Shown: positions 17,574 through 27,522 of the stretch, in pieces | Numbering within the stretch: position 1 is the stretch's first letter | Layout: every line of letters begins with the position of its first letter | From: Candidatus Zixiibacteriota bacterium | Lineage (GTDB): Bacteria > Zixibacteria > MSB-5A5 > GN15 > FEB-12 | DNA length: 56,540 nucleotides | Assembly (NCBI GenBank): GCA_041742355.1 | Contig: JBGSIV010000215.1 | Coordinates: 1 to 56,540, forward strand | Reading direction: 5' to 3' | The notes under the pieces: generated by a model | Told to the model about the DNA's origin: nothing | Database searches by the model: none | The model's input: only the letters and a program-made list of their open reading frames with translations | Translations under genes and position numbers: made by a program

Positions 17574-19937
17574 TTATTCCCTGAGTTTGACAATCGTGAC
17601 GCCCGCGCCGCCTTCGTTCCAGTTGCCGAGCCGCACGTTAGCAACTTCCGGGTGTCCTCGGAGGTACTCGGTGATCCGCTTGCGCAGGGCGCCGGTTCCC
17701 TTGCCGTGGACGACGTACACCTGGTGGAGGCCGGCGAGCACCGCGCGGTCGAGGTAGCGTTCCAGCTCCTCAATCGCTTCATCCCCGGTCATACCGCGCA
17801 GGTGGATCTCGGGCGATTCGGCCGAGCGGGCGTGGACCTGACCGCTTTTCGGCTTGGCCTTGACCGCGTCGCCGGAGCCGTCGTCTACCTTCCGCAACGT
17901 GCGGAGGTCGACGGTCATGAAGACATTGCGGACTTTCACTCGGGCGCGTTCCTCTCCGATGAGCTCCTCGATCTCGCCCGTTTGGCCGAGTGAGAGGATC
18001 TCGACCCGGTCCCCCTTTGCGAAACGGTCCGGTACGGCGGCGGGAATGTCGGCGGCTTTGCGCCGATCGGCGACTTCCTTGGCTCGTTCGCGCAAAGACC
18101 GGTGTATCTCCTTGACCTTTTCCGGTTCGGCCTGGGTGCGGCGGATATCGGCAACCAACTGCTCGATTTCCCGGCGCGTGGATTCGACGAAATTCTCGGT
18201 GTCGGCCAGGGCCTGGCGACGGGTTTCCTCGACATCCCGCGTGAGCTGTTCAACCTGCTTTTTATACGTTTCCTCGAGTTGTTTGGTCTCCGCGAGGCGG
18301 TCGGTCAGCTCGGCTCTATCTTTTCGCACGACAGCGAGTTCGGTCTCAAGGGAGGAGATCAGCGCGGAAAGTGATTTCTCGCCCGTGCCGACCAGGCGGG
18401 AGGCGTGGTCCGTGATCTTTGACGGCAGGCCGAGACGGCTGGCGATCTCGATGGCATACGATGAACCGGGCATGCCGACCTGGAGGCGAAAGGTGGGGGC
18501 GAGCGTGTTGCGGTCGAATTCGAGCGACGCGTTTTCCATTTCGGCGTGGTCCATCGGGAGCGTTTTGAGCTGCGAATAGTGGGTTGTTACGATCATCCGA
18601 GCGCCTTTGTCAATCGCATACAGGATGATCGCCTCGGCCAGCGCCGAACCCTCTTTGGGGTCTGTGCCCGCGCCGATCTCGTCGAAGAGGAGGAGGGCTT
18701 TGGGCGAAGCCTTGGCGATACCGGCGACAATGTTGCGGACATGCGACGAAAAGGTCGACAGCGACAGCTCAATCGACTGCTCATCGCCGATATCGGCGCA
18801 GACGTCCTCGAAAATGCCGACCGAGGACTTCTCGCCGGCGGCGATCAGCAGGCCCGACTGAGCCATGAGGACAGCGAGGCCGATCGTCTTCAGGCAGATT
18901 GTCTTGCCGCCGGTGTTGGGGCCGGTGACGAGGATCGCCTGGCGGTCGGCGTCGAGGCTCAGGGTATTAGGCACGACCGCTTCGGGTTTGCCGAACTTGA
19001 CGACGAGCAGCGGATGGCGCGCGTCGATGAGGTTAAACGATGCCTCGGGTCCGAGCGACGGTTTGTTGCTGCCGGTCTGGCGGGCGAACTTGGCGCAGGC
19101 GTAGAGGCAGTCGAGGCGGCCGATGAGGCGCGTATTCTCCATCAGGGCCTCGCCCCGGCGGGCGATCTCGGCGGTGATGGCGCGGAGAATCCGGTCGATC
19201 TCGAGGCGTTCTTCCTGCTGAAGCAGATTCAGGCGGTTGTTCAGCTCAACCGTTTCCTGCGGCTCGACATAGAGCGTGGCGCCGGTCTGGGAGCGGTCGT
19301 GGAGGATGCCCATGTTGGAGCGGAAGCCGCTCGAGGGAACGGTGATCACGTAGCGGCCGTTGCGCATCGTGACAACATCGTCCTGCATCCCGGCCTGGTG
19401 CGGTCGGTCGGCCTGGATCGCGCCGAGGCGGGCAATGATGCGGCGTTTGCTGTCGGCGAATTCGAGACGGACCTGTTTCAGCTTGGGGGAAGCGTTGTCC
19501 TTGATCTCGCCCTTCTCATCGATCGCACGGCGAATTTCCGTCCGGAGCTCCGGGAAGGCGCGGACCTGGTCGAGGTAGGCGCCGATCAGAGGGAATTTGG
19601 CGCGCTCATCCTTGTCGTAGTCATGCAGGTCAATCGAGATCTCGACCAGTTCAAGCACCTTGAGCATCTGTTCGGGTTCGAGGAAGACGCCGGAAACCAT
19701 GGCGCGTTTGAGTTCATCGCGGCAGTTCTCGAGTCGGGAGAGCGGGAACGCCATGCCGAAGGTCACGATGTCCTTCATCTGGGCGATTTCGCTGCCGCGT
19801 TTCTCGATTTCGGCCGGGTCGTACAGGGGGCAGATACGGTTGACCTCGTCCGCGCCGTAGGGCGTGAGGCATTTCCCGGCGATCTGTGCGATAACCTTGG
19901 GGTATTCGAGTATGTCGAGCGTATGCTGGTCTATCAT
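17574..19937 (-). CDS. mutS2: Endonuclease MutS2
   Basis: TGPNTGGKT, DIGDEQSIELSLSTFSSH, DEIGAGTDP, C-terminal Smr domain (VVHGKGTG). Confidence 0.95.
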   Translation of the reverse strand: MIDQHTLDILEYPKVIAQIAGKCLTPYGADEVNRICPLYDPAEIEKRGSEIAQMKDIVTFGMAFPLSRLENCRDELKRAMVSGVFLEPEQMLKVLELVEISIDLHDYDKDERAKFPLIGAYLDQVRAFPELRTEIRRAIDEKGEIKDNASPKLKQVRLEFADSKRRIIARLGAIQADRPHQAGMQDDVVTMRNGRYVITVPSSGFRSNMGILHDRSQTGATLYVEPQETVELNNRLNLLQQEERLEIDRILRAITAEIARRGEALMENTRLIGRLDCLYACAKFARQTGSNKPSLGPEASFNLIDARHPLLVVKFGKPEAVVPNTLSLDADRQAILVTGPNTGGKTICLKTIGLAVLMAQSGLLIAAGEKSSVGIFEDVCADIGDEQSIELSLSTFSSHVRNIVAGIAKASPKALLLFDEIGAGTDPKEGSALAEAIILYAIDKGARMIVTTHYSQLKTLPMDHAEMENASLEFDRNTLAPTFRLQVGMPGSSYAIEIASRLGLPSKITDHASRLVGTGEKSLSALISSLETELAVVRKDRAELTDRLAETKQLEETYKKQVEQLTRDVEETRRQALADTENFVESTRREIEQLVADIRRTQAEPEKVKEIHRSLRERAKEVADRRKAADIPAAVPDRFAKGDRVEILSLGQTGEIEELIGEERARVKVRNVFMTVDLRTLRKVDDGSGDAVKAKPKSGQVHARSAESPEIHLRGMTGDEAIEELERYLDRAVLAGLHQVYVVHGKGTGALRKRITEYLRGHPEVANVRLGNWNEGGAGVTIVKLRE

Positions 19938-19971
19938 AGTCTGGCCAATTCGTGTCGGCGGTTATACACAT

Positions 19972-19996
19972 AAAAAAGCCGACCGGAGGTCGGCTT
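19972..19996 (-). terminator. Intrinsic terminator after the CvpA-family gene
   Basis: Hairpin AAGCCGACC/GGTCGGCTT followed by a T run on the minus strand. Confidence 0.7.
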
Positions 19997-20030
19997 AATA
20001 TAGCGGTCAGGACTGGAAAGGAAAGCCAAA

Positions 20031-20666
20031 TCAGGATCCGGCGGCATCGCTGCCAACCGTGAAGAAACGGCGAATGTTGCTGAGGGCCTCGTACACAGCC
20101 ATGCGGTCCTCATCATCGGTGTCTTGGTTGGCCGACTGGGCCTGTAGCAGGGTGTTTTCGATCTTGCCCACGAAATCGTCGCTGGCCGGGTGAACCGGCG
20201 AGGTGCCGTTGAAGACAAGCGGAATGGTTTTGGCGATAGTCGGGCCAAAGAAGGACTGCTCAAACGACGTGTAGAACCCGGCCGGCAGGGGGAGCAGGAA
20301 GACCAGGAAGACGGCGAATCCGACCAGGAGCCATCCGCGCAGGAAACCGACCAGAGCGCCGCCGATCTGATCCTGTTTGCCGATCGCTTTGAGGTTGGCC
20401 ACTTTGTAGAAAAGGATCCCGGCCAACTTGAAGGTGGCATAGGAAATGGCTATAAGGACTGTAAAAGCGATAAAAGCCGACACGAGCGGCGATCCGCCGA
20501 CTTTTTCATAGATCCAGACCGCGAAGCTGTCGATGTAGACGACCGAGAGGACGATGGCGCAGAAGAACATGATGAACGCCATGATCTCGCGGACCAGACC
20601 CTTTTTCGAGCCGACGATGACTGCTGTGAGAAGCAGCGCGATGAGAACGATATCAACCCAGTTCAT
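20031..20666 (-). CDS. CvpA family membrane protein
   Basis: MNWVDIV...GSKKGLVREI; DQIGGALVGFLRG; usual position next to mutS2. Confidence 0.88.
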   Translation of the reverse strand: MNWVDIVLIALLLTAVIVGSKKGLVREIMAFIMFFCAIVLSVVYIDSFAVWIYEKVGGSPLVSAFIAFTVLIAISYATFKLAGILFYKVANLKAIGKQDQIGGALVGFLRGWLLVGFAVFLVFLLPLPAGFYTSFEQSFFGPTIAKTIPLVFNGTSPVHPASDDFVGKIENTLLQAQSANQDTDDEDRMAVYEALSNIRRFFTVGSDAAGS

Positions 20667-20731
20667 CCGATACGACTCCTGTCATGGATCGGGTGGAGTG
20701 CTTACTGGGAAAACGGTAGGGGATTTTTAAA

Positions 20732-21178
20732 TCACTTGGCAAGCAATTTTGCGGCGATCTGGTTGACCAGCTTGCCGTCGGCCTGCCCGCGGAGTTTGGG
20801 CATGGCCGCTTTCATGACTTTGCCGAGATCGGCGGCGGACTGGGCGCCGGTTTCCGCGATAGTCTCGGAAATGACGGCGGTGATTTGGTCTTCGGACAAC
20901 TGCTGGGGGAGATAAGCGTTGATAATCGCCAGTTCGGACTGCTCTTTGTCGGAAAGGTCGGTGCGCCCGGCGGCGCTGAACTGATCGATTGATTCGCGGC
21001 GCTTCTTGGCCGCGGTGGAAAGGACGGCGAGGATGTCCTCGTCGGACAGATCACCGCCTTTGTCGATACGTTTGTACTTCAGGTCCGACTTCAGACCCCG
21101 AAGGACGGTGGCCTTGAAGCGGTCGCCGGCCTTCAGGGCCGAAGTCAGATCCTTATCTATCGTATCAAGGAGACTCAT
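20732..21178 (-). CDS. GatB/YqeY domain protein
   Basis: KKRRESIDQF..AGRTDL, YLPQQLSE, DLGKVM, GQADGK. Confidence 0.93.
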   Translation of the reverse strand: MSLLDTIDKDLTSALKAGDRFKATVLRGLKSDLKYKRIDKGGDLSDEDILAVLSTAAKKRRESIDQFSAAGRTDLSDKEQSELAIINAYLPQQLSEDQITAVISETIAETGAQSAADLGKVMKAAMPKLRGQADGKLVNQIAAKLLAK

Positions 21179-21181
21179 CGA

Positions 21182-21379
21182 TTAATACCTCGACAGTCTT
21201 CTCATCCGTCTCTGCTTGCGACGCGCAGCGGCCAACTTGCGTTTCTTGGCCTCCGACGGTTTCTCATAGTGCTGATGCTTCTTGATATCGCTCAGCACTC
21301 CGGTCTTCTCACAGAATTTGTTGAACCGGCGGAGAGCTCTTTCAAAGGATTCATCATCACGAACTTTTACTCCCGGCAA
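21182..21379 (-). CDS. rpsU: 30S ribosomal protein S21
   Basis: ESFERALRRF...HYEKPSEAKKRK; AAGGAGG before a TTG start at 21379. Confidence 0.96.
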   Translation of the reverse strand: MPGVKVRDDESFERALRRFNKFCEKTGVLSDIKKHQHYEKPSEAKKRKLAAARRKQRRMRRLSRY

Positions 21380-21582
21380 TAGACACACCTCCTTTACGCC
21401 AGGTTGAACGTTGCGCCAAAATCTCTTTCGGCAGGGATGCCCTGCGGTCGGGCATACTTCCACTGTATCGGTAAAATATACGGCGGCTTCGGTTTGTCAA
21501 CGAGAATCGTGTTTTAAAGACCTTTTGACTCGGGGTTGGGGGGAAGGGGAAACCTTTACGGGGTGCCGATACTTTAACAGGT

Positions 21583-22398
21583 ATGCCATTTACGGTCGCA
21601 CATGCGGCAGCGGCGCTGCCAATCAGGAAGCTGTTCCCCCGGCTGTTTTCGCTGACGGGGCTGATGGCCGGGGCGGTCGCCCCGGATCTCCTTTATTTCC
21701 TTACGCTTACGACGATGCACCGGGGGGAATCACACTCCTGGTCGGGGCTGGGGCTGTTCTGCCTCCCGGCCGGGCTGGCCTTCGCTTTCGCGTTCCACTG
21801 GCTGGTGAAAGGGCCGCTTGTGGGCCATTTACCGTCGCCGTGGGACCGGCGGTTTTCGGGGCTGGCGGCCAGCCGGTTTCGGCCGGATTCGGCAGGAGAA
21901 TGGGGGAAGCTGGTTTTGTCGGTAATAGTCGGGGTGTTGACACACTTCCTCTGGGACTCGTTCACCCACAGCCATGGGCAACTTGCGGGCATACTGCCGT
22001 ATCTGCAGGAGAAGGTCTGGTTGTTCGGGCAGTGGGTGCCGGTGACGAATTTCATCAGGATTGGAAGCAACGTGGTCGCGTTCGCGGCGTTGTGGTGGGC
22101 GTTCCGGGGAGAGACGTTCCTGCCGCGGCCGGTGACCGGCGGGCCATATCGGACATCTCGTGAGAAGTGGCGGTTCTGGATCGGGTTGGGAGCGTTCGCG
22201 ACCCTGTTCGCGGTCGTGAGTGCGCTGGTCCAGGTGAGCCTTTTCCCGGAGCGGGTGGAGAACTGGGTGGTGGCATTCGGGTTGTCGGGTTGGGCCGGGT
22301 TCTTTTGGGGCGTGGCGGGGTATGGGGTGTGGAGGAGGGTGAAGGGGGATCGCCGGGAGGCTGCCGAGGAATTGCGGGGGGAGCGGGTGGAGGCGTAA
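21583..22398 (+). CDS. DUF4184 family membrane protein
   Basis: MPFTVAHAAAALP, GAVAPDLLYF, THFLWDSFTH. Confidence 0.85.
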   Translation: MPFTVAHAAAALPIRKLFPRLFSLTGLMAGAVAPDLLYFLTLTTMHRGESHSWSGLGLFCLPAGLAFAFAFHWLVKGPLVGHLPSPWDRRFSGLAASRFRPDSAGEWGKLVLSVIVGVLTHFLWDSFTHSHGQLAGILPYLQEKVWLFGQWVPVTNFIRIGSNVVAFAALWWAFRGETFLPRPVTGGPYRTSREKWRFWIGLGAFATLFAVVSALVQVSLFPERVENWVVAFGLSGWAGFFWGVAGYGVWRRVKGDRREAAEELRGERVEA

Positions 22399-22445
22399 GG
22401 GGGGATCAATTCACGGGATGATGGTCATAGTCGAGCTTTGATCAT

Positions 22446-22560
22446 TGTCAGGCTCCAAGGAGCCTGACCTACAAGAAGAGAGATTGCTTCGCTGCGCTCG
22501 CAATGACTAGTCTCAGTCTGTTGCCAGGAGTGGCACGACCGCTGAAGGGTCGTGCCCTAC
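22446..22560. repeat. Cluster of three REP-like palindromes
   Basis: Copy of the 72-98 hairpin; GAGATTGCTTCGCTGCGCTCGCAATGAC; GGCACGACC-N7-GGTCGTGCC-CTAC. Confidence 0.75.
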
Positions 22561-22572
22561 AGCTCTCGATAC

Positions 22573-22902
22573 TCACTCCATAAACGTCAGCTTCTCCACC
22601 CCTCTATTCGACATGAAGTGGAAATGCAGGTGGGGGACCTCCTGGCCGTAACCGTTGTTGATCTGGACGCGGAAATGGTCCTCAAGGCCGAGTTTTTCGG
22701 CCACGAATTTGACTTTGGCGTTCAGCATGGCAAGGGTCTCCGGAGGGGTTTCGTAGAAATTCGCCGTGACCGTTTTGGGAATAATCAGCAGGTGGACGCG
22801 GTCTTTGGGGCGGTGGTCGGCGATGACGATGCAGTCGTCGTCTTCATGGAATATCTTCGACGGCAATTCGCGGTTGATAATGCGGGTAAAGACTGAAGGC
22901 AT
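22573..22902 (-). CDS. HIT family (histidine triad) protein
   Basis: VFTRIINRELP, HLLIIPK, GQEVPHLHFHF. Confidence 0.93.
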   Translation of the reverse strand: MPSVFTRIINRELPSKIFHEDDDCIVIADHRPKDRVHLLIIPKTVTANFYETPPETLAMLNAKVKFVAEKLGLEDHFRVQINNGYGQEVPHLHFHFMSNRGVEKLTFME

Positions 22903-23242
22903 GATACAATCCATATGTTTCAGGTTACCGTTGACCGGGTTCATCCAGTCATTCGACACAAACAACGATACGCAGGCAGCCGGGGGTTGTCAGGCCCAAA
23001 GTCGAGGCCGGCTGACGGTTTGAGCCGGACACCGTCAAAGGAACACGGCCGGAGGCTACAACGCTCCTTGGGGCGGTGTCTAACAGCAGGTCCGGCAGGG
23101 GGTTCGAAGGGGGCGCGGGGGATGCGAAAAGGGATACGACCCCACTTGCGGAGTTCGTTTGTATCATATATGTTATGGCAGTCCAGGGAAACTGGAGCAA
23201 TTAGCATATAATGACGCCTTAGCATATTCAAGGAGGATGGTT

Positions 23243-23992
23243 ATGTCCGGTCATTCAAAATGGGCAACCATCAAACGTAAAAAAGGTAAGTTAGACGCCG
23301 AGCGCGGCAAGGTTTTCACCCGTCACATCAAGGAAATAGTCACCGCAGCCCGTGAAGGGGGCGGTGACCCGAACGGGAACCCGCGACTGCGTACGGCGAT
23401 ACAGGCGGCCAAGGGCAGCAATATGCCGGCCGACAACATCAAGCGGGCGATTCTCAAAGGGACGGGGCAGCTCCCGGGAGTCGTGTTCGAATCGATCATC
23501 TACGAAGGCTATGGGCCGGCGGGAGTCGCGGTCTACCTTGAGGTGATGACGGACAATCGGAATCGGACGGTGGGAGAGATCCGGCACGCGCTGATGAAGT
23601 ACGGCGGGAATCTCGGGGAAAACGGCTGTGTGAGCTGGATGTTCCACAAGAAGGGCGTGATCGAGGTCGAGAAGGCTGTGGCCGATGAGGATGCCCTGAT
23701 GGAACTGGCGCTGGAGGCGGGCGCGGAGGATGTCAAGACCGAAGGAGATGTGTTCGAGGTCGTGACGCCGCCGGAGGCGGTTGAGATGGTGCGCGAGGCG
23801 CTCGAGAAGAAGGGGATCGCGATGGCCTCGGTGGAGGTGACGATGATTCCCGAGACGACGGTCAAGCTCGAGAAGGAGAACGAGGCATCGTCGATGCTGA
23901 AGCTTTACGAAATTCTCGAGGAGCATGACGATATCCAGAAGGTGTACTCGAACTTCGATATCGACGAGAAGATGATGGAGAAGCTGGCGTAG
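23243..23992 (+). CDS. yebC: YebC/PmpR family protein
   Basis: [46 protein letters not shown]. Confidence 0.96.
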   Translation: MSGHSKWATIKRKKGKLDAERGKVFTRHIKEIVTAAREGGGDPNGNPRLRTAIQAAKGSNMPADNIKRAILKGTGQLPGVVFESIIYEGYGPAGVAVYLEVMTDNRNRTVGEIRHALMKYGGNLGENGCVSWMFHKKGVIEVEKAVADEDALMELALEAGAEDVKTEGDVFEVVTPPEAVEMVREALEKKGIAMASVEVTMIPETTVKLEKENEASSMLKLYEILEEHDDIQKVYSNFDIDEKMMEKLA

Positions 23993-24069
23993 CGAGCGAT
24001 CTCTGTCGCGATGAATATGGAAGCCCCGCCGGGTGAGAGATCCGGCGGGGCTTTTGATTTGCGGGGGAT
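23948..24069 (+). repeat. Direct repeat copy 1 (yebC 3' end plus terminator), attL-like
   Basis: 47 bp (23948-23994) and 55 bp (24015-24069) are identical to 25762-25808 and 25825-25879. Confidence 0.9.
24021..24055 (+). terminator. yebC intrinsic terminator (duplicated at 25831-25865)
   Basis: AAGCCCCGCCGG...CCGGCGGGGCTTTT. Confidence 0.85.
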
Positions 24070-24453
24070 CCCGTCCGGAGGCCCCCGCACTGGCTTCGTT
24101 TGGCGGTTTATTGCGGGGAGTGAAGTTACTTCCTCTTGATGCGGCCGGGGGCCGGCCGCTGGTCACCCTGAAGCAATTTCCTTACGCTACACTATTTCCT
24201 CTACTAATCGGGATCTTGGTGGATTCTCTATCAATGCGCTGGAGAAATTGCGGGGGGAGAAAAGGGAGTTGGGGGTAGGTTTGTGCTTGACAAATGTGGG
24301 CTGAACCGTCTATTGAGGACAAGGAGCGGGAATGGAATAGCCAACAGCGAAAGGCACCGAGGAGTGAACGGTGAGGGTGGCAGACGGATTCGGGGATCCC
24401 CCAGCAAGCTGTGGGCTACCTATTAAAACATTTCATTCAATTGAATTGAGGAG

Positions 24454-25710
24454 ATGACCATGAGCAAGAAAATCGATATCGACCCCAACGATATCTATAT
24501 CAGCACTATGACAATGGTTCAATACGCCGAACACTTCTCGGAAGAAGAATGTAAGATCATTGAAAGCACATACAGATCAATGTCCAACATCGAAGATCCA
24601 GGCGTTTCTCTGGCGTATTTTAACAAATTCCTCTATGAGGAACATTTTGAGCTTCTTACATGTCCGAATTGTGGTGAAACCTGCTATTTCAAATGGCGGT
24701 TTCTGGGTTATCACAAGCACTCGGACTGCGGGCACAGTTGGATGGAAACACCATGGAGAAGCCTATGGGAGAAAATCAAACGCTTGTTGGGTCCATTGAA
24801 AGGTGAAGTCAAGTTCTTTACCGCCCTGTCACTATTAGCTCTACCTCTGCAATTAATTGTCTATCTCATCAGCAGCAGATCCAAAGCTCAAGACGAGAAT
24901 CGTGAGAATGAACCGCAACCGGTACAACCAGGGAAAGTAGTAGAACAAATAGTCGAACTCGGTGCCGGCGTCTCACTAACACTTGTGAAAATCCCCTCTG
25001 GTAGTTTCGTGATGGGCGGAGAAGACCAAAACTCGAACCCTGACGAAGAACTTCCCGCACACCGTGTCTCCTTCGATCGAGGGTTCTGGCTGGGCAAATG
25101 TCAAGTGACTCAAGCACAATACAGAGCCGTTACGGGATCGTCCCCTTCGAAACATGTGGGCGACGATCACCCTGTCGAGAACTTGAGTTGGGAGGAGGCC
25201 CAGGCCTTTTTTGATGCCCTGAACAAGCTCGCAGGCACAACCGATGGAGCGTTCCGACTTCCCACTGAGGCCGAATGGGAGTACGCATGCAGAGCTGGAA
25301 ATACGGGATATTGCTGCTTTGGGAACAACGTAGCAGTACTCAGTGATTATGCTTGGTATGATAAAGACCGTCCGAACGGTGACCTCAGCGGTCTCAAATA
25401 CAGTCTCGATAAGAAACCACATAGATACCTTAGCACGCATCCGGTCGGCCAAAAAAAGGCCAACGCTTGGGGTCTTCACGACATGCATGGCAATGTGAGT
25501 GAGTGGTGTGCTGACGAGTGGCACGACAATTACGAGGGGGCACCGTCTGACGGAAGAGCATGGGAGAACGGTGATGGTGATCGCATAGTTCGTGGTGGGC
25601 ATTTCAGGACTTCTGCTGTTGGCTGCCGGAGTGCATGCCGCGATGGTCGGGAACCGAATGGACGGTTTGAGTTTGTTGGGCTAAGGGTTGCCCGTACGGC
25701 AAGTGACTAA
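24454..25710 (+). CDS. Formylglycine-generating-enzyme (FGE/SUMF1) domain protein with N-terminal Cys/His cluster and TM segment
   Basis: IPSGSFVMG, RLPTEAEWEYACRAG, NAWGLHDMHGNVSEWC, VRGG, VGLRVAR; CPNC...HSDC near the N-terminus; visibly AT-richer than its flanks. Confidence 0.9.
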   Translation: MTMSKKIDIDPNDIYISTMTMVQYAEHFSEEECKIIESTYRSMSNIEDPGVSLAYFNKFLYEEHFELLTCPNCGETCYFKWRFLGYHKHSDCGHSWMETPWRSLWEKIKRLLGPLKGEVKFFTALSLLALPLQLIVYLISSRSKAQDENRENEPQPVQPGKVVEQIVELGAGVSLTLVKIPSGSFVMGGEDQNSNPDEELPAHRVSFDRGFWLGKCQVTQAQYRAVTGSSPSKHVGDDHPVENLSWEEAQAFFDALNKLAGTTDGAFRLPTEAEWEYACRAGNTGYCCFGNNVAVLSDYAWYDKDRPNGDLSGLKYSLDKKPHRYLSTHPVGQKKANAWGLHDMHGNVSEWCADEWHDNYEGAPSDGRAWENGDGDRIVRGGHFRTSAVGCRSACRDGREPNGRFEFVGLRVARTASD

Positions 25711-25743
25711 ACGGGAGCCATAGTCTCGTGCAAAGGGATACTC

Positions 25744-25879
25744 GATGTTCAGAATGTCTATTCGAACTTCGATATCGACGAGAAGATGATGGAGAAGCTG
25801 GCGTAGCGGTCTCTGTCAGGTCAGATATGGAAGCCCCGCCGGGTGAGAGATCCGGCGGGGCTTTTGATTTGCGGGGGAT
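25744..25879 (+). repeat. Direct repeat copy 2 (displaced yebC 3' end plus terminator), attR-like
   Basis: Encodes [20 protein letters not shown] versus [20 protein letters not shown] in yebC. Confidence 0.9.
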
Positions 25880-25964
25880 TGCCGGAATGGGGAACTTTGC
25901 TTTTGACATTCGCGTGCCCGGTTCGTTGTTTGAGGAGACCCTTGACGGTTTGGAGAACCATCGT

Positions 25965-26588
25965 ATGAGACGAAAGATGCGGATGCGTACGGCGCCCCCT
26001 CGAATGATTTGGCTGGTGCTGGCGGCGTCACTGGTTGCGTCGTGGAGTTGGGGGGGAAGCGGGCTGCAGAGGGGGATGTCGGAGTCGGAGCGATCCGGCG
26101 CCTGTGAGGTAGACGGCGGGAAAGTGCTACTTGAGTGCTCCTGGGTTGTGCCAACAGCTTCGGCCGATCCATGTCTTGGCTCGAGTGACTCTCCGACCAG
26201 AGCGGGGCGCGATACGTCTGCGATCGGCCTGCTCTTGACGCGCAGGGATACGACTTCCACGGTCGAAGGATTTCCCTCGTGGTACGGCGTCGAGAGCTTG
26301 TGCGCCTTAGTTGGGACTGATACGATGCGACTGGAGGTCTGCTTCGACACGGCTTTCGTCATTAGTCCGTCGGATTCGATTTGCGAGCACGAAACACGCG
26401 AAGCCCGCTGGTCCTTGCTCTATGGGCCGATGATCTCTCTCCAAATGGCACCCGAGTCAGTGGTGGTATCGCTCGATTTTGTCACGCGCGATCCAGAGAA
26501 TGGTCTCGAGTCATTCCGGGAGCATCGCGTGTTCACATTGAAGTGGGCTGATCGAGCGTACCTGGTGAATTATCCCGAACCGCGGTAA
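25965..26588 (+). CDS. Hypothetical exported protein
   Basis: Basic then hydrophobic N-terminus (MRTAPPRMIWLVLAASLVAS); open for 207 codons; start uncertain. Confidence 0.55.
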   Translation: MRRKMRMRTAPPRMIWLVLAASLVASWSWGGSGLQRGMSESERSGACEVDGGKVLLECSWVVPTASADPCLGSSDSPTRAGRDTSAIGLLLTRRDTTSTVEGFPSWYGVESLCALVGTDTMRLEVCFDTAFVISPSDSICEHETREARWSLLYGPMISLQMAPESVVVSLDFVTRDPENGLESFREHRVFTLKWADRAYLVNYPEPR

Positions 26589-26730
26589 GGGAGTGTGCCT
26601 TCGATGCGATTGTCGAATCGGATAGTCGTCACTTGCGGAGGAAGGGGACGGGAAGAGGATTGAGGATCAGGGGAACGGAGAAACTCGTTTGCCTGTGGCA
26701 CGAAGAAGGTAAACTCACTATCTTCCCCCC

Positions 26731-27522
26731 ATGAACCACATTCGATTCGATCATGTCAAAGGGATCCTCTGCGATATCGACGGAGTGATCTGGGACGGGC
26801 AGGAAACGCGCATACCGGAACCGGGCGCACACGAAGCAATCCGGTATATCAAAGAGGTCAGGAAACTGCCGATCCGGTTTGTCACCAACACGACGACGCG
26901 GAGTCTGGCCACGCTCTACAAAGGGATCCGCGAGGGGGAGTTCCCCATCGAGTTGGAAGAGATTGTCTCGCCGCCGAAACTGGCGGCGGAGTTCCTCCGG
27001 AAGAAGGGCAAACCGAGTGTCTTCCTCGTTATGCGGGAGGACACGGAGACGGAATTCGCGGAGTTTCCCAAAGACAACGAGCGGCCGGACTATATCGTGA
27101 TCGGCAACAACCGGGACAGTTGGGATTACGCGCTGATGGATCGCCTCTTCCACATGCTCATGCACGGATCGGAGATGCTCGCGCTGCACAAGCAGCGGTT
27201 CTGGCTGTCGGGCGGGGAGATCCGCATCGATATCGGGGCGTTCGTGACAGCGCTCGAATTCGCCTCGGGGAAACGGGCGGTCGCAATCGGGAAACCGGAG
27301 CCGCTCTTTTTCCAGACAGCGCTAGAGGAGATCGGGGTGAAGCCGGAAGAAGCGCTGATGATCGGCGATGATATCGAAACGGATATCGGCGGGGCGCACA
27401 AGGCGGGGTTGATGGGGGTGCTGGTGAAGACGGGGAAGTACCGGGAGGAATACGCGCGGCAGTCGAAAGTGACGCCGGATGCGGTCATTGCGTCACTGGG
27501 GGAACTTCCGGAATATCTGTAG
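26731..27522 (+). CDS. HAD-IIA hydrolase (LHPP/TIGR01458-like)
   Basis: DIDGV, FVTNTTT, GKPEPLFF, MIGDDIETDIGGA, LVKTGKY. Confidence 0.9.
   Translation: MNHIRFDHVKGILCDIDGVIWDGQETRIPEPGAHEAIRYIKEVRKLPIRFVTNTTTRSLATLYKGIREGEFPIELEEIVSPPKLAAEFLRKKGKPSVFLVMREDTETEFAEFPKDNERPDYIVIGNNRDSWDYALMDRLFHMLMHGSEMLALHKQRFWLSGGEIRIDIGAFVTALEFASGKRAVAIGKPEPLFFQTALEEIGVKPEEALMIGDDIETDIGGAHKAGLMGVLVKTGKYREEYARQSKVTPDAVIASLGELPEYL

Noticed and set aside
23075..23180. Integron attC site (GTCTAAC near 23077)
   Set aside because: No complementary GTTAGAC at a suitable distance, no extended hairpin and no integron integrase.
25580..25710. DGR variable region in the FGE protein
   Set aside because: No template repeat or reverse transcriptase in the window; a remote DGR cannot be excluded but is unsupported here.
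25728..25964. Upstream part of the 286-aa ORF
   Set aside because: It crosses the duplicated yebC end and terminator, so it is unlikely to be translated.
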